Origin: a virus
Virus record (IMG/VR): IMGVR_UViG_3300042896_000283
Span: 49,095 to 113,094 of that record
DNA: 64,000 bases
Direction: 5' to 3' (one strand)
Shown: piece by piece, positions 37,442-48,424 of the stretch
Layout: each line of letters opens with the position of its first letter
Position numbering within the stretch: the stretch's first letter is position 1
Notes under the pieces: model-generated
Told to the model about the DNA's origin: nothing
Database searches by the model: none
The model's input: the letters and a program-made list of their open reading frames with translations, nothing else
Made by a program: the position numbers and the translations under genes

Positions 37442-38307
37442 TACTTATAAGATATTTGTGCAGGAGCAATTAAGAATTGACTCACTAGATGTGTTGTTGA
37501 GCTATTATCAAGTATATGTCTAATCTTTAATTCTTTTGCTCTTAGAGTGGCTTTATTGAAGCTTCTAGAACCATAGTCCATGTTAGCTTGATTCACCACT
37601 TTATCAATAGATAAAGATTTACAAGATGTATTGAATAATGGAATCTGAGAACTTATCTCTGCAGCCCAGAATGTATTATACTGATAGAAGTTATCACTCT
37701 TAGTATATATGATAGTCTTACTTTCAGTATTAAGAATAGGATATTGCATATAAGCTTTTAAGTTATTTAAAGGCTTAGCTACAAGTTCTAGTATTCCTGA
37801 ACTTTGTTGTCCATTATATAGAATAGCTTTATTGAACCATTTATTATTTGTTTCTATTTTTGTATTATAATTAAATACACCATCTGGTATAGGAAGATAT
37901 TCATATGCTTTTGTATAGTCTTTTACATTCTGAAGAATTTCATCTTGGAATTGATATGCAAAAGGATACTCAATAATATATGGTTCTATATTTCCATAGA
38001 ACTCATTATATAATTGTATATTAGTCAAGTGTCTCCATAAACAAGCAGTTATAGATTGTGTATATACTGATTCAACATATTCTGTAGTAGTAAAACTATT
38101 TAAAGAAAATGTTTTTTTTATTTTACATTTTCCTGTAGATTCAATAGTCAACATATTAACTGCAGTATCTACTGGATAACTAACTCCTCTAATAAGAATT
38201 CTTTTAGGTACATCATTTGCTATAACATTACCAAGTTCATCAGTAATATTAAAAGGACCAGTTCCTGATCCTGATTGTGTTAACTTTATGGTTATAACTT
38301 TTGACAT
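37441..38307 (-). CDS. probable C-terminal part of the tail muzzle/stabilization protein with an added N-terminal domain
   Basis: LWRH...YNEFYG..EPYIIEY; N-terminal about 65 aa similar to 48425..48676. Confidence 0.55.
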   Translation of the reverse strand: MSKVITIKLTQSGSGTGPFNITDELGNVIANDVPKRILIRGVSYPVDTAVNMLTIESTGKCKIKKTFSLNSFTTTEYVESVYTQSITACLWRHLTNIQLYNEFYGNIEPYIIEYPFAYQFQDEILQNVKDYTKAYEYLPIPDGVFNYNTKIETNNKWFNKAILYNGQQSSGILELVAKPLNNLKAYMQYPILNTESKTIIYTKSDNFYQYNTFWAAEISSQIPLFNTSCKSLSIDKVVNQANMDYGSRSFNKATLRAKELKIRHILDNSSTTHLVSQFLIAPAQISYK

Positions 38308-38308
38308 A

Positions 38309-41300
38309 TTAAGGAGTGGTTGTTGTAGTGGTTGTTGTATTTTCTAACATAGAAACTGTTACACAACTACCTACTTGCGTTGATGAACTAACTGAAGAAA
38401 TATCTAAACTATCTATTTCAACTATCTCATAAGGATTTGCTTTATTTATTAAAAATATATTTCCTGTTGTATTTACAGCATATAAACTACAATCACATTC
38501 ATATAAAGAAACTAATTTACCAAGTGTAGGAATTGTAACATTAATATCTAATTCAAGTGTAGATGTAGAATAGTCATATTGTGTAATATAATAATCAGGA
38601 GTTATTGTATCTTGATTAATAATAATAAGTTTACCTTCTGTTGTATATAACATATTACCTTGTGCATTTCTATTTACCGGTAATGTAATGATACTTGTTG
38701 CAACTCCTGTAAGAGTTGTAATATCCATTTCAATAACTTCTTGTGGAGAAACAGAATCATCTATAGTTATAAGTGTTGTATCATTTAAAGCAACTATTCC
38801 TGATGATGTAATAAATCCACCTGGAAAAGAAATTGTTCTATTAAATGTAGCACTAAATGGACTTAAGTTAATGTCCCATTCTTTTATATTTGTATCAATA
38901 GACCAAAACTTTGTTGATGTCATAGCTATTCCTAGAGATGATACATATCCAGGTACTGTTAATTGACTAGTCATGTTATCACTTATATGTTTAAGATAGA
39001 TTAAATTGTCTGAACTAAATAATATTCCACAACATTCTGGTACATCTGGTACTGCAGTGGTGGTAGTAGTGGTAGTTCCACAATCACAATATGCTACTTC
39101 TTCAACAATTCCATCTATAATATGATAAGCTGCATTATATGCATAGGTAGTACTTTCTGAAATACTTTGTCCAGTAAAATACCAACCATCAGGAACTAAT
39201 GTACAATCATTTGAATAATAATTATAATATACAAATTCTCCAACATTAAGTATATTTCCTCCAGGTATAGGAGTTAATACACTTCCAGTAAATTTAGTTG
39301 TTGTAATAGAAGGACTATCAGATTTAGTAAATGCTATTGCATTACATACATCTTCTAGACTTCCAGTTGAATCAACTGCAGGATCAGCATCAACTTGATA
39401 TCCTGTATATAAAGAAACAATGTAATCAAAATCAGATGATCTTGCACATATAGTTGTTGTTGGTACTGGAGGAATTGTAATTACTGCATCACCTATTAAA
39501 TCACATGATGTACTAATTGCTAAACCTTCTAATGTACAATCTAAAGCTTCTGTTGTAGTAGTAGTAGTTGTAAATAAAGGAGGTGACATAGTTGTTGATG
39601 AGGTTGTTGTTATTGGTGATGATCTTTGTAGTTCTCCTACAAGTGCTGTAAAATCAGTAATGTTGAAATCATCACAACATCCATTTATTCCTGAATAGAA
39701 AAAGTTATTTTCTGCTATATACCAATTAGGTATATAACTATGAAAAGAAACCCAACTTTTAGTATTCATATTAAAAGAAAGTGTCCATGACTTATTGCAA
39801 AAATATTCAGGTTCAGTTACATAAACTTCTGTTTTGAATATAACATCATTAATTACATCTTCTATATAAAATGTTTTTGTTAAATAATCATATTTTATAT
39901 TAGGATCTAATGGTATATAATCAAGTTTACTAATTATAACTCTATCAAATTTACTATCATAGACACCATGTAATCCAATACCATTAAAATTATTATCTGT
40001 ATCAACTCCTGGTATAGTAATTAGTTCTCCATTTACTAAAATTTGTTTAGTTGGGAAATATCTAAGTATTTCAAAAGCCAAATGGTCTGTAAAGAATCTA
40101 TTCATACCAGAACCAAATGCAGATAAATCTACAGCTTGAGTACCAGAAATTAAGAATACTTGTCCTCTTTTAGCATCTACAGTAATTTGTCCTTGTGGGA
40201 TTTTTAATAAAAACTTATTTTGACTTCCTACATATCCAAGATCTGTTTCAGCAAAATCAATAGGAGGTGCTCCTGCAAATAAATTAGGATTACCTAAATA
40301 TGCAGCTTGTGGATTACTTGTATTAACTGTAAGCAAATTATTATACATTAAAGATTTGTTTTCAAATCTAGCAAGTACAGCCTTATTCTGAATACCATCT
40401 AATGATACAAGTGCTCCATAATTTTGAGGAAAATCATATGACGATAAAGCTTTATAACTTAACCAGTTATTAACTCTATTGTCAGCATTGATTTCTTGAA
40501 CATCTGAATAAATAGCTCTAAATGGATAATGTGTAAAACAAAACTGAGACTTCCAATCTGGAGGAAGATGAGAAAATGAATTCTCTTTATTTTGTTTTGA
40601 ATATGTTACATTATAATTATATGTATTATCTTGAGCAATAGTTACAAAACTTTCTTGAAACCAATCATCAGGAATACCTGTAGATACATGTGGCCAGAAA
40701 TCTCCTTCTCTATTATTAAATGCTTGTCTAAGATCTACATTATATGAACTTTCACAATAAAAGTTAGGAATCCCATATGCAAACAAATAGAAATATCCAT
40801 CATAGAAAGTTCTTAAAGATGATGCATTTGCTGAAACTTGACCTAATGGATCTGGTACAGGTGCAGGAATTAAAGAAGGGTCATTAGGACAATCAAAGTT
40901 ATGAGCTTTGAATGAAATAATGTTTGCCATTAATGTGGTTCCTGCTAAATAATTTTCTAGTATAGATCTTGCAGAATGCCAGTATTTAGGATAACCTACA
41001 TTACCAATCTCATCATAAAAGATATCACTATCATCAGGAGCTCCTACTCTATTATCAAAGAAGAAAGGTAGTTTTGTTTTAAATGCAAATTTAGAAATAA
41101 ATGTATCACCACCAAATACAACATCATGATATGAAGTGGTAGCACTTAGATCTACTTGATATCCTGTATCAATAGTTTCATATGAATACATTTGTCCCCA
41201 TTGATTAATAAATATATTTTTCAATGAAGCATAATATGACACAACACTAATATCTTGTTCTTTTGCAGGTGTATCACATACATTACTTCCACCAATAGTA

Positions 41301-44300
41301 AGTCTTGATTTATCTGTAACAATACTATTACCATTAACATCTAAAAGACTATTTGTCTTACTAGGATAAGGAAGTGGAATTAATGGATTATCAAAATTTG
41401 TTTCTTTTGTTTTTATGTATACAGAAGATTCTCTTTGATAATTATTAATACTAATTCCTCCAGCTTCTCCTACAGATTGTACAACAGGAATTAAATAATT
41501 AACTAAATCAATAGGTCGTTGTTTAATACCAAGTCCATTTTCTATTTCAGCACCATAATCATAATTAGCTCTTGAATTAAATGATTGAGCATAATTTTTT
41601 CTTGTAATACCATTAATATAAATAGATAGATATGCCTGGTATGCTGTAAACATAGCAGTGGCATTAAATGAAGATGTTATACCAGCTATATTGGCTGAAC
41701 TATTTAAAGCATCTATTTGGGCTTCTTTAGAAAGAAGTCTATACTTAGCATTCTTTTTTACTTCAACAAAATGTGCCTTACCTCTACCAAACATAACATT
41801 TTCTAACTTAAGAACTTGTCCTAAGAAAGGTTGTGCAAAAGATGTTTCAGGAGAATTAAAAACTTGTCTATATTGAGAAGCTTCTGTATCCATTCCTTTT
41901 AAAGGAAAAGATTGTCCACATGTTAATGTAGATCTTCTACCTTTATAGAAATTTATTCCAAATGCTAATTGACCATTTGCATCATGCTGATACCCACTTG
42001 AATCTTTTACTAAACAATATTGTACTGTATTAAGTGCTTGAACAGGAGACTCCATTCTTTCAGTATCAGGAAATAATGTTGGAAAGTGATCTGCTAAATA
42101 AACATCTGTTCCAGTATTAACTGTAGCATAAGTATTAGCTCCTCCATTTTGATAATCTGTACGTCCTTGAATCCATTGTGGAATTGTAGCTTCTACTACA
42201 TCATTACGATTATATAATAAACCTGTTACCCATTCTGCCATAAGTCCTCTAGCATTTGAATCTTGCCACCAAGGAATTCGAATAACATCAAAATTAGCAG
42301 GACCTATTGCTGCAGTACCAGTAATAGTATAAGGTTTACCAATAGCACAAAATTCATACCAACGTAAACCACAAACTGTAGTATTACTAATATTTGGTTC
42401 AATAGTTAATCTAACTTTTTTAAATGTATTACAGTCTGTATATTCTATTTCTCCTGCTTTATAACATCCAACTAACCATGCTGTGCATTCTTGATTATAT
42501 GAATTATTATCTCCATTTATAAAAGGATCTTCTTCAAGGTCATTATATGGATAATTTGGATAATAAAAGTCTTGATCTTCTCTTTTATATTTTCCAACAT
42601 TTCTTAATATACCTTTTCCTACAATAGATTTATTTGTACTTCTATTACCTCTTACAATTTTAAATCCAACAATTTCAGATTTCTGTTCTTTAGTAAGATC
42701 AGAATAATCAATTAATCCTTGAATTTGTTCTAAATCTAATTTAACTCCTATAGGAAAAACAGAATCATTCTGCATAACCATTGAAGCTGAATCAACAAAC
42801 ATTGCTGATTCATAATGTGGAGAAACTAATACATCAGGAAATTTATGATGTCTAATTGGTGTATTTGCAAGATCACCCCATACATCAACATTACAAGGAT
42901 AAAGTTCTGTAGACTCCCAATAAGCAAACTCACCATACTCATGTGGTGTAGCATTACCAATTGCATTTCCTGTAGCTTGTCCTATTACAGAAGCTGTATT
43001 ATATATTTTCCAATAAGGACTATATGTAGTACCTGGTTCAGGTTCACCAATAAAGTCTGGATCAGTTATTTGAATATTTGGTTGAGAAAGTTCATTAGAA
43101 CTTAATGTTCTTCCAGGAATATGAAAACCATCTGTTTGTTTTCCATTTTTTAATAAAAATACAATCTCAAATGCATACACCTCATCACGTAAATATCCAC
43201 GTAAGTTTGTAGCATTTAATTCATCTGCATAGTTTTCATCTGCAGGCATTTTATATGTTTCCCATAATAACTTTATACCTGAAGCTATTTTTTGGTAATT
43301 TAATCTATCTATAGATGTAAGATTATCCCATACAAGAATATCTTGAACAGCTGTTAAATCTTGTGCAATATCATAATATGGATATTTTTCAAATATATCA
43401 GCTACAACTAATCGTTCTTGTTCAACATTTTGACCTGTATAAGTTATTTGCATTACTCCATTATTAATAAAGTAAGTTCCTACTAATTCTACAGAAGTAA
43501 TATCATTAATTGTTTTAATTACAGCAAGATTATAATATTGGAATTGACCAGATATATCCAAATTACTAATATTAACTACAATAGATTTTCCAACTGGATA
43601 ATTAAAATTAACAGTCGTAAGATGTATATCTGCAATAGGTGTAGGATTAGTAACAGAGTAATAAGAAGTATAAGCATTTCCAGCTGGATCAGCATATTGA
43701 ATAGCAAATTGATATGTACCTGCAATTAATTCTCCTCCTGTTGTAACATCTATAATACTTAATTCAGGAATATTAAAATTAGGTTGCATCTTTAACTGAT
43801 TACAATCAATTTCATTTGTATATGTAGGAGAACAAACTTCAGATAGTGGAGCTAAAATAAATGGAATATTATTAAGATCTAAATATCTTCTTGGATTAAA
43901 TCCATCTGTCCAATATATTTCTGTACTACAATTTGTAATCTTATGTACAACTTTATGTATAGGATGTTGAATATTAAAATTAAGACAAGGAGCTTCTATG
44001 TATATATTATATATACAATCATTATTATCCATATATCCTATTTGACTATTTCCAAGTTCAGGATTAGTTATAAAAAATATATGTTTATTTTGTTCAGCAA
44101 TAAAGTGTGTTCCTATTAAATGATATCCTGAAGGAAACTGTACACAGAACTCATTACCTTGTTCATTCTGATAATTAACAGAACTAGCATCAAAGTTTTC
44201 TAAAGCAGCGTTTAGTGCATAGGTCAATGTACCTGGTTTAATCTGGTTCAAAGTTTGATCCATATTTAAACCAATATTGGCACTATTGTATTCTGGTCTA

Positions 44301-44329
44301 ATGTTACCTTGTTGTTGTTCTTCTGCCAT
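38309..44329 (-). CDS. tail muzzle/stabilization protein with Thr-linked C-terminal appendage domains
   Basis: GLNMD...YALNA, IYWTDGFNPRR, GYLRDEVYAF, FGGDTFI, WTLSF...WVSFHSY motifs of crAss-type stabilization proteins; two T7 runs and a terminal T8. Confidence 0.75.
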   Translation of the reverse strand: MAEEQQQGNIRPEYNSANIGLNMDQTLNQIKPGTLTYALNAALENFDASSVNYQNEQGNEFCVQFPSGYHLIGTHFIAEQNKHIFFITNPELGNSQIGYMDNNDCIYNIYIEAPCLNFNIQHPIHKVVHKITNCSTEIYWTDGFNPRRYLDLNNIPFILAPLSEVCSPTYTNEIDCNQLKMQPNFNIPELSIIDVTTGGELIAGTYQFAIQYADPAGNAYTSYYSVTNPTPIADIHLTTVNFNYPVGKSIVVNISNLDISGQFQYYNLAVIKTINDITSVELVGTYFINNGVMQITYTGQNVEQERLVVADIFEKYPYYDIAQDLTAVQDILVWDNLTSIDRLNYQKIASGIKLLWETYKMPADENYADELNATNLRGYLRDEVYAFEIVFLLKNGKQTDGFHIPGRTLSSNELSQPNIQITDPDFIGEPEPGTTYSPYWKIYNTASVIGQATGNAIGNATPHEYGEFAYWESTELYPCNVDVWGDLANTPIRHHKFPDVLVSPHYESAMFVDSASMVMQNDSVFPIGVKLDLEQIQGLIDYSDLTKEQKSEIVGFKIVRGNRSTNKSIVGKGILRNVGKYKREDQDFYYPNYPYNDLEEDPFINGDNNSYNQECTAWLVGCYKAGEIEYTDCNTFKKVRLTIEPNISNTTVCGLRWYEFCAIGKPYTITGTAAIGPANFDVIRIPWWQDSNARGLMAEWVTGLLYNRNDVVEATIPQWIQGRTDYQNGGANTYATVNTGTDVYLADHFPTLFPDTERMESPVQALNTVQYCLVKDSSGYQHDANGQLAFGINFYKGRRSTLTCGQSFPLKGMDTEASQYRQVFNSPETSFAQPFLGQVLKLENVMFGRGKAHFVEVKKNAKYRLLSKEAQIDALNSSANIAGITSSFNATAMFTAYQAYLSIYINGITRKNYAQSFNSRANYDYGAEIENGLGIKQRPIDLVNYLIPVVQSVGEAGGISINNYQRESSVYIKTKETNFDNPLIPLPYPSKTNSLLDVNGNSIVTDKSRLTIGGSNVCDTPAKEQDISVVSYYASLKNIFINQWGQMYSYETIDTGYQVDLSATTSYHDVVFGGDTFISKFAFKTKLPFFFDNRVGAPDDSDIFYDEIGNVGYPKYWHSARSILENYLAGTTLMANIISFKAHNFDCPNDPSLIPAPVPDPLGQVSANASSLRTFYDGYFYLFAYGIPNFYCESSYNVDLRQAFNNREGDFWPHVSTGIPDDWFQESFVTIAQDNTYNYNVTYSKQNKENSFSHLPPDWKSQFCFTHYPFRAIYSDVQEINADNRVNNWLSYKALSSYDFPQNYGALVSLDGIQNKAVLARFENKSLMYNNLLTVNTSNPQAAYLGNPNLFAGAPPIDFAETDLGYVGSQNKFLLKIPQGQITVDAKRGQVFLISGTQAVDLSAFGSGMNRFFTDHLAFEILRYFPTKQILVNGELITIPGVDTDNNFNGIGLHGVYDSKFDRVIISKLDYIPLDPNIKYDYLTKTFYIEDVINDVIFKTEVYVTEPEYFCNKSWTLSFNMNTKSWVSFHSYIPNWYIAENNFFYSGINGCCDDFNITDFTALVGELQRSSPITTTSSTTMSPPLFTTTTTTTEALDCTLEGLAISTSCDLIGDAVITIPPVPTTTICARSSDFDYIVSLYTGYQVDADPAVDSTGSLEDVCNAIAFTKSDSPSITTTKFTGSVLTPIPGGNILNVGEFVYYNYYSNDCTLVPDGWYFTGQSISESTTYAYNAAYHIIDGIVEEVAYCDCGTTTTTTTAVPDVPECCGILFSSDNLIYLKHISDNMTSQLTVPGYVSSLGIAMTSTKFWSIDTNIKEWDINLSPFSATFNRTISFPGGFITSSGIVALNDTTLITIDDSVSPQEVIEMDITTLTGVATSIITLPVNRNAQGNMLYTTEGKLIIINQDTITPDYYITQYDYSTSTLELDINVTIPTLGKLVSLYECDCSLYAVNTTGNIFLINKANPYEIVEIDSLDISSVSSSTQVGSCVTVSMLENTTTTTTTTP

Positions 44330-44334
44330 AATTA

Positions 44335-45309
44335 TTAATTGTTACGTCTTCTTCCAGCTCTATTAGTTCTGTTAGGAAGTTCATACATATTAAATCTATT
44401 AAGATCATTTTTGATTCTTCTCTGTTTCTCCCAAGGAGTTTGTTTCTTAATTTCAATACTAGCCATGATGAAAGCTTCTTCATAAGCTTGTTTATGATAA
44501 ACTAACTTTTGCTGTAACTGATTAAATGTTTCATCATTAGTTTGGTTAGTAAGCATCTCAAATATTTTGAACTTAAGGAATGCCTCTACATACTCTCTAA
44601 TACGATAGTTATCAGGAATCAATTGATTTCCTATTTCATCATACTCTGTAGCATAAAATATTAAATGTACTACACCATTTCTGAAGTTAGTTACAAATTT
44701 ATTATCTCGTATATCAAAACTATCATAACTTGCAGATCCAGGAGTGAACTCATGAATAGGAGGAGCTTCAGAATAGAATTCCCAATTGTTTGTATATTCT
44801 ACTCCACAGTTTTGTCTTGCAGAGATGTTTCCAGGCTTAAGTAAGTAGTCATGAGTAAATCCTCTAGCTACACTATTATTTGTCTTATATACAGCTTGTA
44901 CAAGTACAGGCATACATGTACCATCACATTGTGGAACTTGACATCCAGGTTTATTGCAAGGAGTTCCTCCAATAGTTAATGGTGCCACTTGTATAGTAGT
45001 TGCAGAAGCTGCTTGTGAATAGAATGAATTAGCTGATTGATATGGATATCCAGCTACTTCTGTAGTCATCCAAGCTTCTCTAACAGCATAAAAGTTATCA
45101 GGGAGTCTAGCTTGAAAGTCTTCAATAAATAAAACTTCATCAGTAATTACATAAGTAGTTCTTCCTAACTTCTTTAGAGCTTTGTCTAAGTAAGTAGGAA
45201 ATAAAAGATCATCCACAGCACCTGTATCAAAATAAGATTTTAATTCTTCTTTAACAGTTGAGTAGACAGGTTCTGGGCTTATGAAAGCATATTTATAGTA
45301 GTACGACAT
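44335..45309 (-). CDS. putative tail ring/tube protein
   Basis: Position before the muzzle gene; LP.NF and D..G..LIPD motifs. Confidence 0.55.
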   Translation of the reverse strand: MSYYYKYAFISPEPVYSTVKEELKSYFDTGAVDDLLFPTYLDKALKKLGRTTYVITDEVLFIEDFQARLPDNFYAVREAWMTTEVAGYPYQSANSFYSQAASATTIQVAPLTIGGTPCNKPGCQVPQCDGTCMPVLVQAVYKTNNSVARGFTHDYLLKPGNISARQNCGVEYTNNWEFYSEAPPIHEFTPGSASYDSFDIRDNKFVTNFRNGVVHLIFYATEYDEIGNQLIPDNYRIREYVEAFLKFKIFEMLTNQTNDETFNQLQQKLVYHKQAYEEAFIMASIEIKKQTPWEKQRRIKNDLNRFNMYELPNRTNRAGRRRNN

Positions 45310-45829
45310 AATTTATTTTTTCTATTTTATTTGATTTCATCAAATTATCTTTACACCACAATGGTTGTAAATTTGTATAATGACAAAGTTTAATTATTTC
45401 TTCCTCTGTTTTTGCAGATGATAGAGGTATAATGTGATCTATGTGATATTCATACATATTAAAGTTTTCTAAAGTTGTTCCTTCTGGACATTTACTAATA
45501 ATATAGTTTTGAAATTCTTTAATAGAACAACCTAATATCTGTTCTGTTTTAATAGGTTTTTTACAACCTCTTCTTCTAAAAGAACCTCCTATTAATGATC
45601 TCACATCACATGAAAACTTAAATAATAAATCTGATTTTCTTTTATTAATTCTATATTGATTACTTGTTTTTCTAATATTTTCTTTATTATCAATAATCCA
45701 ATTTTTAACATAATCAGGATTTATTTTTCTATATTTTTCCTGATATTTTCTTTTAGAAACTTTTATTGCTTCTAATCTTTCTTCTTCTGTATGATGTTTT
45801 TTACTTGCCATATTACTTTTTCCACTCAT
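45293..45829 (-). mobile_element. free-standing HNH homing endonuclease
   Basis: LGCS..EF..YI, HIDHIIPLS...HYTNLQPLW..DN..KSNK; overlaps both neighbours by 17 nt. Confidence 0.85.
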
Positions 45830-46292
45830 TGTAAATGTGTTGATACTTGTCGTTGGTCTTTAAGTAGTGTGATAGAAGTCTTGATGTTAACCTAGAAGGT
45901 TTGAAATACCAAAAGTCAGAATTTTTAAAACGTGCTGTGGGTTTAAACCACATCCAACCAAAAAAATAACCTTCCGTATGATAATTAAAGTTATAAATAA
46001 CTTTTCCTTTCTCTTTAGTCTTTTGCCAATCGATTGGTAGGTTGACAAATTCTTTACCATCTATATTATTTTTTAATCTTTTTCTTTTCTTTTTGTTGAT
46101 AGAGAATTCTCCAAATCCATATGGAAGTTTTGCTTTCTCACCAGTCTCTAAAATATATTCTTTGAATGATTCATTATAAGTATATAATATATTTCTCCAT
46201 TCATCAAAGGTTAATTTTATAGCTTGATGTTTTTTGCAAAACTGATTATAGTTATCTTTGCTAGAGCTTCTCCAATCAACCTTTGTCCTCAT
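45813..46292 (-). CDS. IHF/HU-like basic protein
   Basis: KLPYGFGEFSI and IDWQKT motifs; tail-module position as for crAss IHF-like genes. Confidence 0.6.
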   Translation of the reverse strand: MRTKVDWRSSSKDNYNQFCKKHQAIKLTFDEWRNILYTYNESFKEYILETGEKAKLPYGFGEFSINKKKRKRLKNNIDGKEFVNLPIDWQKTKEKGKVIYNFNYHTEGYFFGWMWFKPTARFKNSDFWYFKPSRLTSRLLSHYLKTNDKYQHIYNEWKK

Positions 46293-47020
46293 TAATTAGT
46301 TGGTTTTGAATTAGGTGCTTGACCATCTATTCCTTCTTCACTTGTATCTGTCTTAATATTAAAATAAGTAGACAATAGTTTTTGAGATGTAAGTTGTAGT
46401 ACTTGTTGTTCTAAGTATCCAGGAAGAGCAAATTCTTTATCTAAAGGATTCTTACATATCTCATCAGTAGTGTATTCTGGAGTTCCGCATCCACATTCAG
46501 GATACATAATATCATTAGTTACATCTTCTTCAAAGAATGCTACAAATCTAATTGCTTTAAGTAAAGGATTGTTTACATATAAATATCCATTAGATATCCA
46601 GAAGTATTCTTCTTTCTTAATTACAGGAAGTTTTAGTAAATTTATATATCTATTAATAGATATTTCTTTTAACTTCTTTCCTTGGCCACTCATAGCATTA
46701 ATAGAATAAACTCCTTGAATAACATATTGGTAATTACCTTCTGATATACGTGGGAGTTTAAATTTAGTTCTAGCTATAGAGCAAGGATCAACATAGTTAC
46801 AACATTCAGAAATAGATACTTCTATCATCTCTAAACAAGGAATAGTAGTAAATAAAGTATCAGTAGCCCAAAGCTTTCTAAGATTTGTTTCTCTCTTAAT
46901 TAATAATAAAGAGTTGTTTCTTATCTCGGAAGCAATTGCTCTATCTGTAATAAGACTATCTGTAGAAAGTATCTTGTGGACACTTCTAACATCTGATACT
47001 AATTTTCTTAATGTTGCCAT
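46292..47020 (-). CDS. putative tail ring protein
   Basis: Structural-module context; RTK..LP, Y....NGYLY, D.EF.LP pattern. Confidence 0.55.
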   Translation of the reverse strand: MATLRKLVSDVRSVHKILSTDSLITDRAIASEIRNNSLLLIKRETNLRKLWATDTLFTTIPCLEMIEVSISECCNYVDPCSIARTKFKLPRISEGNYQYVIQGVYSINAMSGQGKKLKEISINRYINLLKLPVIKKEEYFWISNGYLYVNNPLLKAIRFVAFFEEDVTNDIMYPECGCGTPEYTTDEICKNPLDKEFALPGYLEQQVLQLTSQKLLSTYFNIKTDTSEEGIDGQAPNSKPTN

Positions 47021-47022
47021 AA

Positions 47023-48255
47023 TTATATTCGAGTTTCAAACTCTGCTATTTTACCTAGCTTATTATCATAAACTAGAGCAAGAGCTGCACGTACTGAGTG
47101 TACGTAATTATTATCTAAGTGCCATCTATCTGTACCAGATAAACTAGGCATTTGTTGTATTCTCACACCTTTGACTTCTTTAGCCATATAGTGATGTTTA
47201 TCTCCTGTATGTATCTCTCTGTATTTAGCATTACCAAAGAAATGACTATATTCAGGATGTGTAGCAAATAATAAAGGAAGATCATCTAATTTACAATTAC
47301 CATGATGCCATCCAATAAATGTATTACCTAATACCTTTGCTTTAACTACACTATGTTCTCTTATAAAATCTACATCCATAGCATCTTGAAAGTATACATC
47401 TAATGCATGTGCTAGATAGAATGATTTAGTTCTATCATGATTACCTTGTACAAGTACAACAGTTACATCACTTGCATATTGTCTTAACATATTGATTGTA
47501 TCTACAAGAACAGAGAATCCTAATTCATATTCTGAATGGTAATCCATTATAGTATCTTGTGGTGTACCCTGTGTAGTTTGGTGTTGATAGTTATCAGTAT
47601 GAAAGAAATCATTTGATATAGGAAGTACAATAGTATTTATATTGTAATTAGCTTTTACTTTACAGATCAAAGATTGAGCCACATTGAAATATCTTAGAGC
47701 TCTTGTTTTTGGATCATTATCACCATCTACACATCTTTTAGCTAAATGGAAATCAGATAAAGATATTTCTACATCTACATAATCTTTATCAGTAGTACGA
47801 TCTTCTTTAATGATTGATACATTAGTTGGTTTGTAGTTTTCTAAAAACTTAACAAAGTCTTCAGCAGAGTAATCTTCTGCTTGTTTTCTTTTTGAGAAGA
47901 CTGAGGAAGTAAAGTTTCCACTTGGTAACATCTTAGACCAATAATTGGTAATAACATATTTATCTAAGTTTATCTTATGTAGCTTAGCTAACTCAATATC
48001 ATCTTTAGGTTCAAATGCACTAGTAATAGTACTTTCTATTGTTCCTTTCTCAACATTTACTTTTCTAGATTCTTCCATAAACTTAGTAGCAATTCCTACA
48101 AGCATATCATCAGTAGCATCTTTTTCTCTAAGCTCTTTCATAAGCTCATTAACCTCATATTCACTTATTCCTAATTTCTCAGCATAGAATTTTTTACTTT
48201 TCTTTTGCGTTAATAACTCTTCTAATCGATATAACAAGCTTTGATTTTCAGACAT
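47023..48255 (-). CDS. calcineurin-like metallophosphoesterase with N-terminal HTH
   Basis: SDFH, NDFFH, GNHD, HHG, GDKHH motifs; AEKLGISE HTH. Confidence 0.85.
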   Translation of the reverse strand: MSENQSLLYRLEELLTQKKSKKFYAEKLGISEYEVNELMKELREKDATDDMLVGIATKFMEESRKVNVEKGTIESTITSAFEPKDDIELAKLHKINLDKYVITNYWSKMLPSGNFTSSVFSKRKQAEDYSAEDFVKFLENYKPTNVSIIKEDRTTDKDYVDVEISLSDFHLAKRCVDGDNDPKTRALRYFNVAQSLICKVKANYNINTIVLPISNDFFHTDNYQHQTTQGTPQDTIMDYHSEYELGFSVLVDTINMLRQYASDVTVVLVQGNHDRTKSFYLAHALDVYFQDAMDVDFIREHSVVKAKVLGNTFIGWHHGNCKLDDLPLLFATHPEYSHFFGNAKYREIHTGDKHHYMAKEVKGVRIQQMPSLSGTDRWHLDNNYVHSVRAALALVYDNKLGKIAEFETRI

Positions 48256-48283
48256 ATGTATCTATATTAGTTAAAAAATATCG

Positions 48284-48363
48284 TAAAGATAAACAATAGT
48301 TTTTATATATTCCAAATAATTTTAGTTAGAGTTGTAATTCTTTATAACTAAAATAGTTATAAA
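48284..48363 (-). promoter_or_regulatory. promoter (-7 TATCTTTA, -33 TTTG) with upstream palindromic box
   Basis: -7 at 48284..48291, CAAA at 48313..48316, perfect inverted repeat TTTATAACTA-AAA-TAGTTATAAA. Confidence 0.65.
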
Positions 48364-48365
48364 AC

Positions 48366-48424
48366 AAAAACTCCCCAGACAAATGCCCAGGGAGAAACCT
48401 TGTAAAACCAACAAAACAAGGTTT
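48366..48424 (-). terminator. two tandem hairpins, probable terminator
   Basis: AAACCTTGT/ACAAGGTTT and CTCCC/GGGAG stems, then a U-tract on the minus strand, after ORF 48425..48676. Confidence 0.5.
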
